Part shown: piece after piece, positions 27,401-39,845 of the stretch
Position numbering within the stretch: position 1 is the stretch's first letter
Layout: the number at the start of each line of letters is the position of its first letter
Assembly: GCA_002633005.1 (NCBI GenBank)
Contig: NMRA01000312.1
Location: 205,850 to 269,849 of the forward strand
DNA: 64,000 bases
Direction of reading: 5' to 3'
Source of the DNA: Phoronis australis
Lineage: Eukaryota; Animalia; Phoronida
Notes under the pieces: generated by a model
The model's database searches: none
The model's input: the letters and a program-made list of their open reading frames with translations, nothing else
What the model was told of the DNA's origin: nothing
Made by a program: the position numbers and the translations under genes

Positions 27401-29388
27401 CATCCTTTAATCAATATCTCAGTTTAAGGCTATTTGGGGTAAAGATTCTCAATTTCCATTTTATATTCATCCATTCTTAGGCGTTTAAGTGTCTTTTAAA
27501 TGGAATCTTCGACCATGGTCCCAGACTGAGGTATAAATATGAATTACAGAGCGTCACCATAACTGAAATTTTATTGCAATGTCAACAAAAAGTGTGTATC
27601 GCTGTTGATATGCTATGCGTGCAAATACAGCTTTAAGAATCTCCAGTATACATTATGGAGTATATTAATTTGATCTTTTGATAGATAGCTCGGTTGTCAT
27701 AGTTATTAGTCTACGGTAATTTGAAGCCATGATAGATATTTCGCTGGGGCCTTCGTTTACTTAAGTTTAGCTAGAATATGTTATCGATCGAATCGGTGAA
27801 AATGTCGCAAACTGTGAAGTCCAGTCGTGGCATAGCTGTCTCAAAAAGATGTAGGTAGAGCCCAATAACGGACGGTGATGCTGACAAAATGGGCTGCTTC
27901 TAGGAAGGAGCTGGCGTCACTCTGTTTGCCGATAAAGGTTAGAAATATTTGGTCAAACAACAACTATGATTATCGGTTGGTCATCGTACTGCACAATTAT
28001 GTATACCTTGACGTCTGGCCGCATGGAAGAATAGCGAATGATGGTGTTGGATGTGAACAGGTACAACAAATTATTGTCTGAAGGTTCGACGCTTCAGTGT
28101 TATGTTATTATTTTTGTTCCTTATATAGTGGATTATGTGCAGCCTAACCCTTAATGCTGTGGGAAACGTTCTCTACACACAGCCCTTATGGATGATCAGC
28201 GCCCGTGGAAGGTTATTTTAAAACGTGTTTACATTATTCTTGGTATACAGGTAGGGAAACCGTTACGAGGCCTTTTGAAACGAGACATAGTTTTGGCTTA
28301 ACCAAGACTGATGTTTGTTCGGAGTGTCACATCTGTTTACTTATGTCATTATTTCGCTTATCGACAAGCATGAAAACAGTTAACGGCGTGTGAAGTTGTG
28401 GATTTTTGTTTCTCGATTGATTCACTGTGCTGAGGTTCACAACTCAGACTGACTCGTACCTCGATAAAACAAGATGGCTATGAATCATGTTAATGACAAC
28501 AGATTTGGTCGATGAACCCAAAGTGATTATTTCTAATGGACGGATGAGTGGATACTCTTGGTAAATTGCGTTCAAAGGCTTGTTAAAGCGACCATTATCG
28601 ATACAATTATGCATGAGATCTTATATCGCATTATTCGCGAATATATCTATTGAATGAATTTTGTCTGGTTTCGTGTGTTTTGTACGAAATCTTGATGACA
28701 TGTTTAACTGAAAACTCAAAGTGTTAGCTGTCTATGCTCTTTCTCGCAACAGCGAAGTTCAAGTCCATCTGGCAGTATTCTGACCTTAATAAAACCACAC
28801 AGGGTAAAATGATAAAGGTATGCAAAAACTTCATAGCTTAAGACAAAAATATGTTTCCAATAGAACGCTTATCATGTGGCGTTTTCTTTTTTTCTGCAAA
28901 GAACCAAATTAAGGCAAATTTACCTCAATTGATGTGGAGTTTAAGCCTGTAAAGATTCAAAGACTTTTAAGTCTTTGAATCTTTAGAATTAAAATTTTTC
29001 GTGTATTTTGTAACCACAAAAGAAGAAACTGGTACAAACAGTCTGTTTCACTTTCGATGAGATAAGTCAATAATTGCTTGTGATGTGGTAATTGAAATTT
29101 TATTCAACTTTCTGAAAAACGTGCCGAATCGTTGTCCAGTGACATCTCGTGATAGGTTGGGCGGCGAAAATGTTAGCAGTAAAATCTTGTTGGTTTTTAT
29201 TGCCAGTACTCTTGTAGCCAGTCCACTTACTTTAGAGAACACACAGGGGTAAGAGGCCTTTGTTTATCGTCACATTATCAATTTATGGCATAGAGTGAAA
29301 GTGATTTAGCATCAATTTCGCTCGAAAGCCATTCGGGTGGCAAGGGAAAAAGTAACTGCTGGCGAAAATATCTACTTTCTGGACAGCT

Positions 29389-29480
29389 CGAGAGAGAGAG
29401 AGAGAGAGAGAGAGAGAGNNNNNNNNNNNNNNNNNNNNNNNNNNNNNNNNNNNNNNNNAGGGAGGGAGGGAGGGAGGGAA
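29389..29480. repeat. (GA)n microsatellite, 40-N assembly gap and (GGGA)n
   Basis: Direct reading; Ns at 29419-29458. Confidence 0.95.
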
Positions 29481-30367
29481 GGACGGAGGGAGCCATATTG
29501 TTCCTGAAAAAATCTCGGTTGTGTTTTGTTAGAATCACCGATTTTGTGGAAAACCAGACCTCAACAAGCTTTCATCCACTAAGCTGCTTATTGAACGGTG
29601 CCATTTGAATCTCCAGGTCTACAGTCTTTACCATTTGGTAATGATATGTAAAAATTCCCCCCTTTCGTCCCTCCCGCCCTCCATCACTCTCCGCTCCCTC
29701 CCTTCCAGTTCCTCCCTCGTACCCCGTCCCTTCCTCCGCCCCTCGTTCCCTTTTTCCCTCTTTCTCTCTTTTGCTGTTTACAAAATTATAGAAAATTTAC
29801 CGTTTGTGGTCTTGCTTATTTTACGACCGAAACAATCAGCAAAAACAGCTTTTCCGATAGCTAATATTTTCACAGTATCTTTATTGAATAATTAGCTTAA
29901 GCGAGATTCAAATTTTCCGCACCTTAATGAATTCTTGTCCAACTAAATCCATTATTAAATTGCATTACATAAAATCTAATTATACATTTTAAGAATTAAT
30001 ACGGTCTGTGCTTTGGCGCCTTGTGATTTTATTGCCAGCTTGCCATTGTTAATCGATCATTAATTATTTTTCAGTTGGTCTCGATGATGTTCGAAAAGTG
30101 CACATCGGAATCTCATGTATTAATCTCGTTAACGGAGGTTCCACAATGCTGTTCGTGACTTCCCTCATCCTGTGAGATGGGCTTTATACTTTTATACTTT
30201 CAACCAGTTGCGGCAGACGGCCAGGAAGTGATTTGAAGGCTTAAAGCATTGTTTTAGCTGAATTGAAAATATCTTTAGACTCTTCGGGCAAAGGGATTCG
30301 GAGGAGTTCGTTGTTTTGTCTCTGGTCTGATTGTTCCAGGCATCAGTTAAACACGTAAAAGGTTACC

Positions 30368-30877
30368 ATGACGGACGCGGACAACCGTGTTGTGTTAAAT
30401 GTAGGCGGGATACGACACGAGACGTACAAAGCTACGTTGAAGAAAATTCCAGCCACAAGGCTGTCGAGGCTAACTGAGGCATTGGCAAATTACGATCCAG
30501 TTTTGAACGAGTATTTTTTCGACAGACATCCAGGAGTTTTTGCGCAAATTTTAAATTATTATCGCACAGGAAAGCTGCACTATCCGACCGATGTGTGTGG
30601 CCCGTTGTTCGAGGAAGAATTGGAGTATTGGGGTCTGGACTCCAACCAAGTAGAACCGTGCTGTTGGATGACTTATACGACTCACCGAGACACGCAAGAG
30701 ACACTCGCTATACTGGATAATCTAGACCTCGATACAGACAAGCCAACGGATGAGGAGATTATGAAAAAATTCGGACTCGAAGAGGAGTTTCAAATGGGAA
30801 ATTTGACTCTCTGGCAAAAAGTACAACCAAGGATATGGGCTCTTTTTGACGAGCCAAATTCATCGACTGCAGCCAAA
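30368..30877 (+). CDS. Shaw: Shaw/Kv3 potassium channel, first coding exon (T1 tetramerisation domain, 170 codons)
   Basis: [30 protein letters not shown]...EYFFDRHP...[13 protein letters not shown]...VEPCCW is the Shaw T1 signature. ATG context accATGA; phase-0 donor AAA|GTAAGT at 30878. Confidence 0.97.
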
Positions 30878-33800
30878 GTAAGTGAAATTATTTCAGGCTA
30901 TTTGTAAGTTGCTATGTTACGTTACTTTTGCGATTTTTCCATCTTAGCTGGAACTGCATCTGTGTGATTCTTAATTTTCACATTGAGATAAACTGTTTTT
31001 GGAATACGTTCTCTGATTCACTGCGTCACTTTGAAATTGTTATCTCTCTCTGTGTTTTACTAATTCTGGAAATATTCACGTGTCAGAAAAATATCAGTGT
31101 AGCCTAGAGCTCCAAATGCAAAGACCAGGTTTATACAGACAATTTTGTTTCTACGTGATGAACGAAGTTCGACAGCCAGAACTCAGACTGGGAAGCTCCC
31201 TTGCAAAAATATCTTATGGACTAAACGCCGAAAAACTTACCTACCCAAACACAATCAATCAAGTTTGATGAATATCTGCCATTAGTCACTGTCTGGTGAT
31301 ACGGACGTTTAGATCTTATTGAAAGCACGTTTAGTCTTTTACACTCTTCTCACAAAAGCTTTTGCCCTCACAGGGTGCTCACAAACTAAAAAATCTAGAG
31401 TTTTCGAGGTCATTTTTCCGGAAATGGCCGAGTGGTTACGATTTTTTGTTCTCGAATAGAGCCATCGCTATTAGACACGCACCTGATATTTACAAAATAT
31501 TGATATTTTGCGGTTCCGTGTCAAAACACTTTTTGCCCAACAGAGTTGGAAGCAGGTGGCTTACAAACATATTGTGCAAGTGTTCAGGTGTTTTTTTTTT
31601 TTTTAAATTGCGTGTAGTTCTTGTTTGTGATGAATTCTTATTCCCCTACAATCCAGAGNCTTAACCCCCCCCCCCCCCTTCTGGCCTCGATACTGGATCT
31701 GCGGCTCGACCTCCTGGTCATGTCAACTGTGAGTTGACGAAGTTGACATTCTTTTTCGGTAAATATTCAAACGGTAAACATAGTTGCATCATTGACAAAT
31801 ATAAATTAATGATAAATATGCCGTGGTATCAATCGTGTAAAGTGAGCTTACAATCCGGCAAATCAACTGCTACAGACCGTGTCGAGCATTCTTTAGTAAA
31901 CGTAAATGAAGGGAACAAAGTCTGTCGTTTTTTCTTTCCGAAGAGGTTTTCTTTTCTCTTAAGTTTTACTGATATTCTATGTTGAGAACCCTTCTAACTT
32001 GTTATCTGTCCTTCTTCGCACCGTTTTTGCAATGACAATGTTAGATCTCAGGGGCAATTAAAGTTACGGGTTCTGCACTTCTTTGGGGCTGTAGTCTGTG
32101 CATTGGCGGAATTTTCTCTTGTTTTACTTTTCCGTCGATAGTATATACATCCTGATGTCCGTGGCTACGTTTACGTCAGCTGCAGGACTACGTAATATGT
32201 TGATAAGGCTCTTGTTTAATGATTCCCCAAAACTACGTCATTTGCTAAGGCGGCCTTTTTGTGTTAACCTTCGCCCAACCTTCACTGCTCTGAAATGGGA
32301 AATTCGGTTTGGAAAAATAGTTTACTGACATCACTTCTGGGCCACAGTAATGATAAAAAATTAAAAAGAACCACGACCACAAAAAATTCATTACGAAACA
32401 ACACGACGTTTAGCTTTGTTAAAAACATGTCGCAGCTGAGTCTGATTCTAGGAAATACATTTCACTGTTAGACTACCATTTATTTGACTTCATACCTTAA
32501 TTAAAGCTCACATGTGAACTTACACGGCTACTGAATAGGATATCCGTCCCTTGATAACCAACTCAGGCCAGTACTTAATCTCTTCGCAAACTTTCATCAT
32601 CATTGAGTAAACTTAAGCCGTCTATCTCTTAGTGCGTAAGAGCCATGTTATTTATCCTACTGGCTGTAATGACTGTGAACTGTGATGCCTTTTATATTTG
32701 TCTTAACCAAAGAAAGCTTAGCGATCGCCCGAAAGAACATCGCGCCTTAGTCGGAAGTAACGTATTCAGGCGTTGTTCAGAGACTGGTCAATCGGCTGAT
32801 ACTGATCACCTCATACATCCATAAAAAACCATCCATCAACGAATTAGTGACAATAAAAGAAGACCACTCCAGGTTCACTATTCAGTGAAACCAGGCCTCT
32901 TTAAATCTGCAGCTATGGTAACCTAATGGTTGTATCTCTTGTGTACTGGGGATCAGCTGACCTAGTGGAACACTTGGTGTTTATCTGCACTCACCTGGTG
33001 ATGCTTTTAGTTAATATAACGAAACGTTGGTTATCTTCGTGATTGCGGTTATTTTAAATTTGTACATATTTCGTATTCCACTTTTCGTTCTCGTATTGCA
33101 CTAATTTTTGTTACAACAAATATGCCGTAATTACAATTTGAAAACAGAATCCGTCCTATATATAAAATATTTACAGTCAAACACAAATTTTAGGGTCGTT
33201 CGCGCGAAGGGAAACCTATTAAATGTAGGTTACGAATAACCACGCGAACATTGAATAGCAATCGATCAGACTGTTTTAGTTTTATCGTTTTCACCTGAGT
33301 TCATTGAGCTATGCAAGTATCAATATCCAACATGTTCGATCAATATCTTCTACCAAAATCTTCGATTTTCTAATGCTTTGTGTGTGTGTGGTTCGAAAGA
33401 CTGTCACACCTAAACAGTATTCTATAAGCTTTCATCGGTACAATAACCCAACGATACTATAACTGTATGTTACAATCGGCATTGTTATTGCTTTGGTTTT
33501 ACATTTGATCGATCTATTTGGTGGTGTGACATCACAAAATGACCACAGTCTCACTTAGCTATTGTACAGAAACCAAAAAAGTAATTGTGTGCTCCCCAAC
33601 GAGACCAATAATTTATAACTGGAGAAAATAAATTGGCCAGAAATGATAAATCAGAAAGCTAAAACAGTAACTGAATAGCTACTTCTCACGGGACTTTCCT
33701 CCAGCTGTGTAGCAACATGTCGAGCAAAGCAGGAGATGTTTAATATTTATTCGCAGACCGACCACTGAAAACTGAAATTTTAATGGACAGGTTAATTTTG

Positions 33801-33911
33801 ATTGACGAAATCAATAAATTTACCACACAAAACAAAAAGATTCAGTTAGAAAGTACCTGTTGAAAATTTGAAGCATTCGATTGATTGGCAAAGAGTGGAG
33901 TGGTTTTCAAT

Positions 33912-34164
33912 TGAACCCGAACAGACAATATTATCCGCTATGAACAACTGAACCCGAACAGACAATACTATCCACTATGAACAGCTGAACCCGAACAGAC
34001 AATATTATCCACTGTGAACAATTGAACCCGAACAGACAATATTATCCACTATGAACAACTGAACCCGAACAGGCAATACTATCCACTATGAACAACTGAA
34101 CCCGAACAGACAATATTATCCGCTATGAACAACTGAACCCAAACAAACAATACTATCCACTATG
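33912..34164. repeat. Intronic minisatellite, 37-bp unit, ~6.8 copies
   Basis: tgaacccgaacagacaatattatccactatgaacaac repeated head to tail without spacers. Confidence 0.95.
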
Positions 34165-37100
34165 AAGCAGAGACCATCTGGTGTGAAAGACGGACTAAAA
34201 ATTGAATGATTTATTGGTTAGTACGCAATTAATATTTGCAGTGAACAGTCCGCGCAGCTTTTGAAGAGGACGTCGCTGCCAAACAAAACCACAGCAATCG
34301 TACCGAATGACAGTCGAACCATAGAAGTTATTCAGTGACAAAATATGTTTCTACCATTTTTCGTGTGGACATGTATCGTTAGTACTGTGACGGCAAAATG
34401 AATAGAGTAAGCGTTTGACAGGCGACACGATGACATTCAGTAACGCGATCTGAGATCGCAAGATGAAAAGGAGGCACACCTTTCTCGTCGCAATCCCGCC
34501 CTTCTCATTTATAAATCCGTACTTCCTATCTAAGGATCGCGTGATACAGACTACTTTCTTCCTTAAAATTCTAATTCGTTAGACAAACAGATAACAATTG
34601 AAGTATGGATCTTCATTTTAGTATTATTATATACGAATTTCAGGAAAGATGTGAACGTAGAATGTGTCATCTCGTACGTTGTTAAAACAATGTCCGGAAA
34701 AGAAGCGTGATTGTTTCTCTACGTGCGAACACTTCTTTCTGAGAGTAAGTGACGTCATGGATGATACACGCGACGAATCTGATGGATGAGTTTCTAGGCA
34801 AACTCAGTGCAGAAAGCTTTGGCATGCATTTACACTGTTGTGTTGTGCATGACGTGGTACTAAATATAGTGACTTGTACACCGCCGTCACGTGACCGGTG
34901 TCATAAAACGCGAGAATGGAATTGCGCCTGTCACGAGCAATATGCTGTAGCCATAGTAACTTTGTAATTGTAGTTAGGAATACAGAACAGGGTGGCAATT
35001 AGTTCGTTTTCACGTTATGTAAGTCGATTCCCCCACTGCGCTCAGTCAAGGCAAAGCTCGACTAACGACTGCTCAACGATTCTAGTGTACAAGCCCAGTA
35101 CTAGCAGAGATCGAAACACATATGGTTGAATGTGTTGAAAAAATTCAAGGGACATTTTCTCTCTGCCGTGGCTTGAACTTGAAAATTGTAAAATAGGCTA
35201 CTGGTCTAAAGAGTTTCTTGCTAAGACAACAGTTGCTTTCCACGAATCGAGAGATTATCAACGTTTGATACGCATGAGTGTGTAACCAGCACGAACTTGG
35301 TTGCATCTCCAAATTTACATTGCGTGTGATACTGGATGAAGGAGTAGAGCCAGAGACTATCCCAGTGCCTACCCTCTGACGTCACCACAGAAACAGAAAC
35401 ACAAACAGATACGCACGTAAATGTTGGAATGGTTGCCAACCCCGTCAAAACGAAGACTTAAAACATTTCATTATACACGTCACCGATAGCCTGGACGATC
35501 TGTTTGGGATCGAAATCATTTTCAATCGGCGTATGGAGGATTTGTGACATATTTTGCTTGGTTGAGTACCCTCGCTTATAATTGTTACGTGAGGGGAATG
35601 AAATGTGCAGTTAGTTTACTTTTAACCACTAAAAGAGTCTTTTGGCACTTGTCTCACTACAGCCGTTTCATCTGTTTCTTGTTTTTGCCCAAAGTATATA
35701 TTTACATCAGTTGTTTCAAGCTGACAATAAAACATGATGGCTATTTGTAGTTACAGAGAATGTACGACGGCTTAATTATTGCGTTGGCTGACGATTCACG
35801 AACAATATAATTTTTATCGATTGAGTGTGATTTCCCGATTATAAATGCGTCGGAAAATATTATTGTTACAACTGAAACACCACAGGCTTTTTTCACACAA
35901 CATTAATAGTACATGTCAATGTTATCATAGTCGAACGCCGTTCCGAGGTAGACCTTAGTTACAAGTTCTGTTTTTCCCTTGAGAAGCGTTGTAGTCGAAA
36001 AATACGGGAACATGTTTTTACTACACAGATACCTACTCGCCATGCAACGCGCAGTACAGCTAGCGCCATCTATTGAGAGAAACAAGAATAATCTTCTGGG
36101 GGCAGCTTATAATCTTATTATAGTTACCTTTATACCGTTATACCAGATATATCGTCTCTACTTGCTTTTATTTCTCCTTTATCTGAATTTTCCTTGTAAC
36201 GACTGACTTGTCATTTATTTCGAAAACCATTCCGATTCTCTTTTTTTGTTGAAACCTTTTGTTTTTGTTCTTTAATGCGATAGCACCATGAAGTTCGGGA
36301 AGAATAATCGGCGATGGATGGATTTACTCAAATTTGAAGCCGGTTACTTCGGCTTGGCCCATTACCCTATGACAGATAAGGCTCGAGGAAATGGCAGTCT
36401 GAACAGTGTGATCAGAAAAATGGGCATTAGTGAGATAGCGGTCCCATTTTTTTGACTACCAGGCAGAACCATTGTTTCAGTAGCGTCACCTATGGATCTT
36501 CGAACTTCTCATGGAGCAGTCACCAGGTGGCGAGACCGTCTCGTCCATGATTCTGCTGACCTGGATCTGCTTGGCTTTGCTTTTGATGCCCGAGTTACAA
36601 GATAATGCCATGTTTTTTACCTGAAAACACAGCCCGTGGAGATAATCCGACGGCATTACCAATATGCTCACATTGATTCCATGCCTGCACGCTCGATAAT
36701 GTAACAACATGTTTACGCAGACTCTGAAATAGTCAGTCCAACCCCAAAAAGAAACTGTCAAATAACACGTGGAAATCGATGGCACACAGCAAGTAGTTTA
36801 GCTAAGAACCCTTTTAAATCGAGCATATAAATCAATAAAAAATCAATAGTGAATGTGCCATTAACAGATGTGAAAATTTCATGTACAATAGGTGGATGCA
36901 TCAAAGAATGTGGAAATAACTAAAACCACAACTTCGTTCGTATTGACTAAAGTTGAAACCCCTAAGCACCTGGGTAGTCTTGCCTAACTTTAAGTAGGGT
37001 AATGAGCAAGCTCCTAAGTGGATGCCACCATTTCATGCCTACAACATTTACATGTAATGCATATTAACAAATGGACAAGTCTGGTCCATAGACACTTAAA

Positions 37101-37236
37101 GTGCTATTGTTAGGTGTCTATGGTCTGTCCACTTTCTTTAAAGATACGCAAAGACTTGAAAATTTCTTTCACGAAGAACCTGTTGATCTATAAGATCGTG
37201 AGTTTAGCTTAAGGGTTTCGTGTAATGGAACCAATT

Positions 37237-37319
37237 ATGTGTCCAGCGCATGTCTAATGTGTCCTGCGCATGTCTAATGTGTCCTGCGCATGTCTAATGT
37301 GTCCTGTGCATGTCTAATG
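37237..37319. repeat. 20-bp tandem repeat, 4 copies
   Basis: atgtgtcctgcgcatgtcta x4. Confidence 0.9.
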
Positions 37320-37689
37320 CACCACAAAAGACACCGGCCGTCTGCACTTTTTTCGTTCCTGTTGGGAGTGAAAACGAAATCTGCTTTTGAAAAACAATCG
37401 TCACTGCAAAAGCATTTGAGAAAGTATATATTAAAATTGATTACAAATCAATATTCTCAATCAGATAAAAAGTTGAAGGGTTCCGTATCTTTCTATATCT
37501 TGCATTTGGTGTCGCGTTTGATGAATTGATTGCAGAGCCAATGAGAAGGTATGACCAGAGAGTATGCTCAACTTTTTCTAAGTTTTCTTTGGTGTGGCCG
37601 AACGTCAGTAATTGTTTCACTTTAAAATTAATCGAAATTTTATAATGTCGTTTGTTTACAGCACAATTATTCAAACTAATATTTTGTAG

Positions 37690-38602
37690 ACCATCGGAGT
37701 GGTTTCCGTCTTCTTCATCGTCGTATCAATCTTATCATTTTGCCTCAAGACACATCCGGGCATGCGCGTCCCTCATATCAACAACATTACAGTGAGCACA
37801 GTAAACGCCAACGACTCATGGACTTTAGAAAAGAAGAGCACCGAACCTCACAAAGCCTTTTTCTACATCGAATGTGCCTGCAACGCCTGGTTTACCTTTG
37901 AGATAATTATACGATTCATTGTGGCACCGAATAAATTCAGCTTTTTAAAGGCGCCCGTGAATATCATCGATTTCGTGGCTACTCTTTCGTTCTACTTGGA
38001 TGTTCTGTTGTCGCGACTCAACAACGGATCGGATATTCTGGAGTTCTTTAGCATAATTCGTATCATGAGATTATTCAAACTCACTCGCCATTCTCCGGGT
38101 CTCAAGATCCTCGTTCACACATTCAAGGCGAGTGCAAAGGAGTTGAGTTTACTCGTGTTCTTCCTGGTGATTGGCGTAGTGCTATTCGCGGCACTTATCT
38201 ATTACGCCGAACGTATCCAATACAATCCCACCAATGACTTTGATAGCATCCCTCTCGGATGGTGGTGGGCCATCGTTACTATGACTACCGTTGGATACGG
38301 CGACATGACGCCAAAGACATACGTGGGAATGTTGGTTGGTGCCCTCTGTGCTCTGACAGGCGTATTAACCATTGCGTTGCCGGTGCCTGTTGTCGTCAGC
38401 AACTTCGCCATGTTTTACTCGCACACTCAAGCCCGTTCCAAACTGCCAAAGAAGCGAAGAAGAGTTCTTCCTGTGGAAGCGGTACGTCCGAAAGGGCAGA
38501 ACCAAAATAGGATGGGCGGTGGACCAGGGGGACCGATGGCCAATAGACGCATGAACGCCATCAAGGCCAACCATCCTCTCGATACCAAACTCAACAGGAT
38601 AG
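37690..38602 (+). CDS. Shaw: Shaw/Kv3 second coding exon (S1-S6, pore, proximal C-terminus)
   Basis: Acceptor ttttgtag|ACC is in frame with exon 1. S4 [13 protein letters not shown], filter [10 protein letters not shown]6 [12 protein letters not shown], then [10 protein letters not shown]. Phase-1 donor G|GTAAGT at 38603. Confidence 0.97.
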
Positions 38603-39077
38603 GTAAGTAACTGGTGAACGTTTCTTGAATTTTTCTCGGTGTCGTTAATTACGTCATCTCACTTATACTCGTCAACTGAAACCCACTGTTCCTTTCCGAC
38701 CGTAAGTGTAACTAACTTCTGGCTTTTGTAAGCTTTTTGTGATGTAGGTTCCGACTAAACAGTCGTACATATAAATGCACCCTGTCATTATCAAACAGTA
38801 ACTTTAAGATACATAAGAAAGGCAGACCTTAAGACATGAAACGATGACGACAGACAATTGACTCGGTATTAGGCCTTTTACCCAGCGGCACACAATATAA
38901 TTCAAATTAAGCGTTGGTCAATCATGCAAGATTATATCCTCATAAATAGTAACAATCGATGACCACATAATCCGATTCATTCCGGCCCTTTAAATCTCAC
39001 AAAAAATAAACCTCGTTCCGTAGCTTAAAACAATCAGCTAAAACCCTATTGGCGTGCTTGATTTGATTTTCTTTCAG

Positions 39078-39845
39078 TATGGAAAGGGCAAAAATTGTGA
39101 AAAGGAAAACCAATCTTGTTTTGTAAAATCAACTCTGTTTAATAAATTCAATCGTATTTAAAATATAATGAAATCCTATTTTATAAATTTAATACTACTT
39201 TAAAAATCATTCCTGTTTATTCTATGTAAAACAACCCTGTTTAGAAGCAAACCTGTTTCGGAGAATCGAGCGTGTTTAATAAAATTGAGCCTATTTCGTC
39301 AATCCTGTCGGCGATTCCTAAAACTAATCCCGCTATGAAAGGGTAGTAAATGCCGCATCACTAACACCGGTAATTCCAAGTTAGGCAGATCCAAAAGCCT
39401 TGATACGAATGCTCAAGCTTGTATACATTTCCATCATAAAAATCGTCTGCAAGAATCTGTTCTTGAATATTTTAAATTTCATTGACGATCGAGCGTCAGG
39501 CTGGGCTCTGCCATACTCAGTCACGTGATAAACTAGTTTCGCTTCCCACCGACATGATTTGCAAAATAGGATGTTCGAAACAGCATAATTTTCTATTTAA
39601 ACACGATCGATTTTGCGAATGTTGACTGGGATTGAATTGATGAGTGTAGCATGATTCTTTAAAACAGCATCTGAATCTTCTAAACAGGATGAATTTTGAA
39701 TTGAATTTTCGAAATAAGATGAATTGGGTTGAATTAATTAAACAGAGTTGAATTTACGAAGTAGGATTTAATTATATTTTAAATAGGATTTGAATTAATT
39801 AAATAGTGTTGAATTTTTCTTTTTACACAATTTCTGCTCTTTCCG
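39078..39845. mobile_element. Non-autonomous TIR element with TATGG start (IS3EU-like) and long degenerate inverted arms
   Basis: tatggaaagggcaaaaattgtgaaaagg is inverted to tttttacacaatttctgctctttccg. Repeated subterminal aatcctrttt/aaayaggatt motifs are mirrored. No clean TSD. Confidence 0.6.

Noticed and set aside
3000-29900. Numerous 60-130 aa ORFs in the track
   Set aside because: Mostly non-ATG starts with no domains or coherent splice structure; expected by chance in non-coding DNA.
30878-30907. ORF-track extension VSEIISGYL* of the T1 exon
   Set aside because: Read-through into the intron past a consensus GTAAGT donor.
33912-34164. 37-bp repeats resembling a CRISPR array
   Set aside because: The units are contiguous with no unique spacers, there are no cas genes, and the array lies in a eukaryotic intron. 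It is a minisatellite.
38202-38574. Antisense and alternate-frame ORFs over the pore exon
   Set aside because: Shadow frames of the Shaw CDS with no independent evidence.
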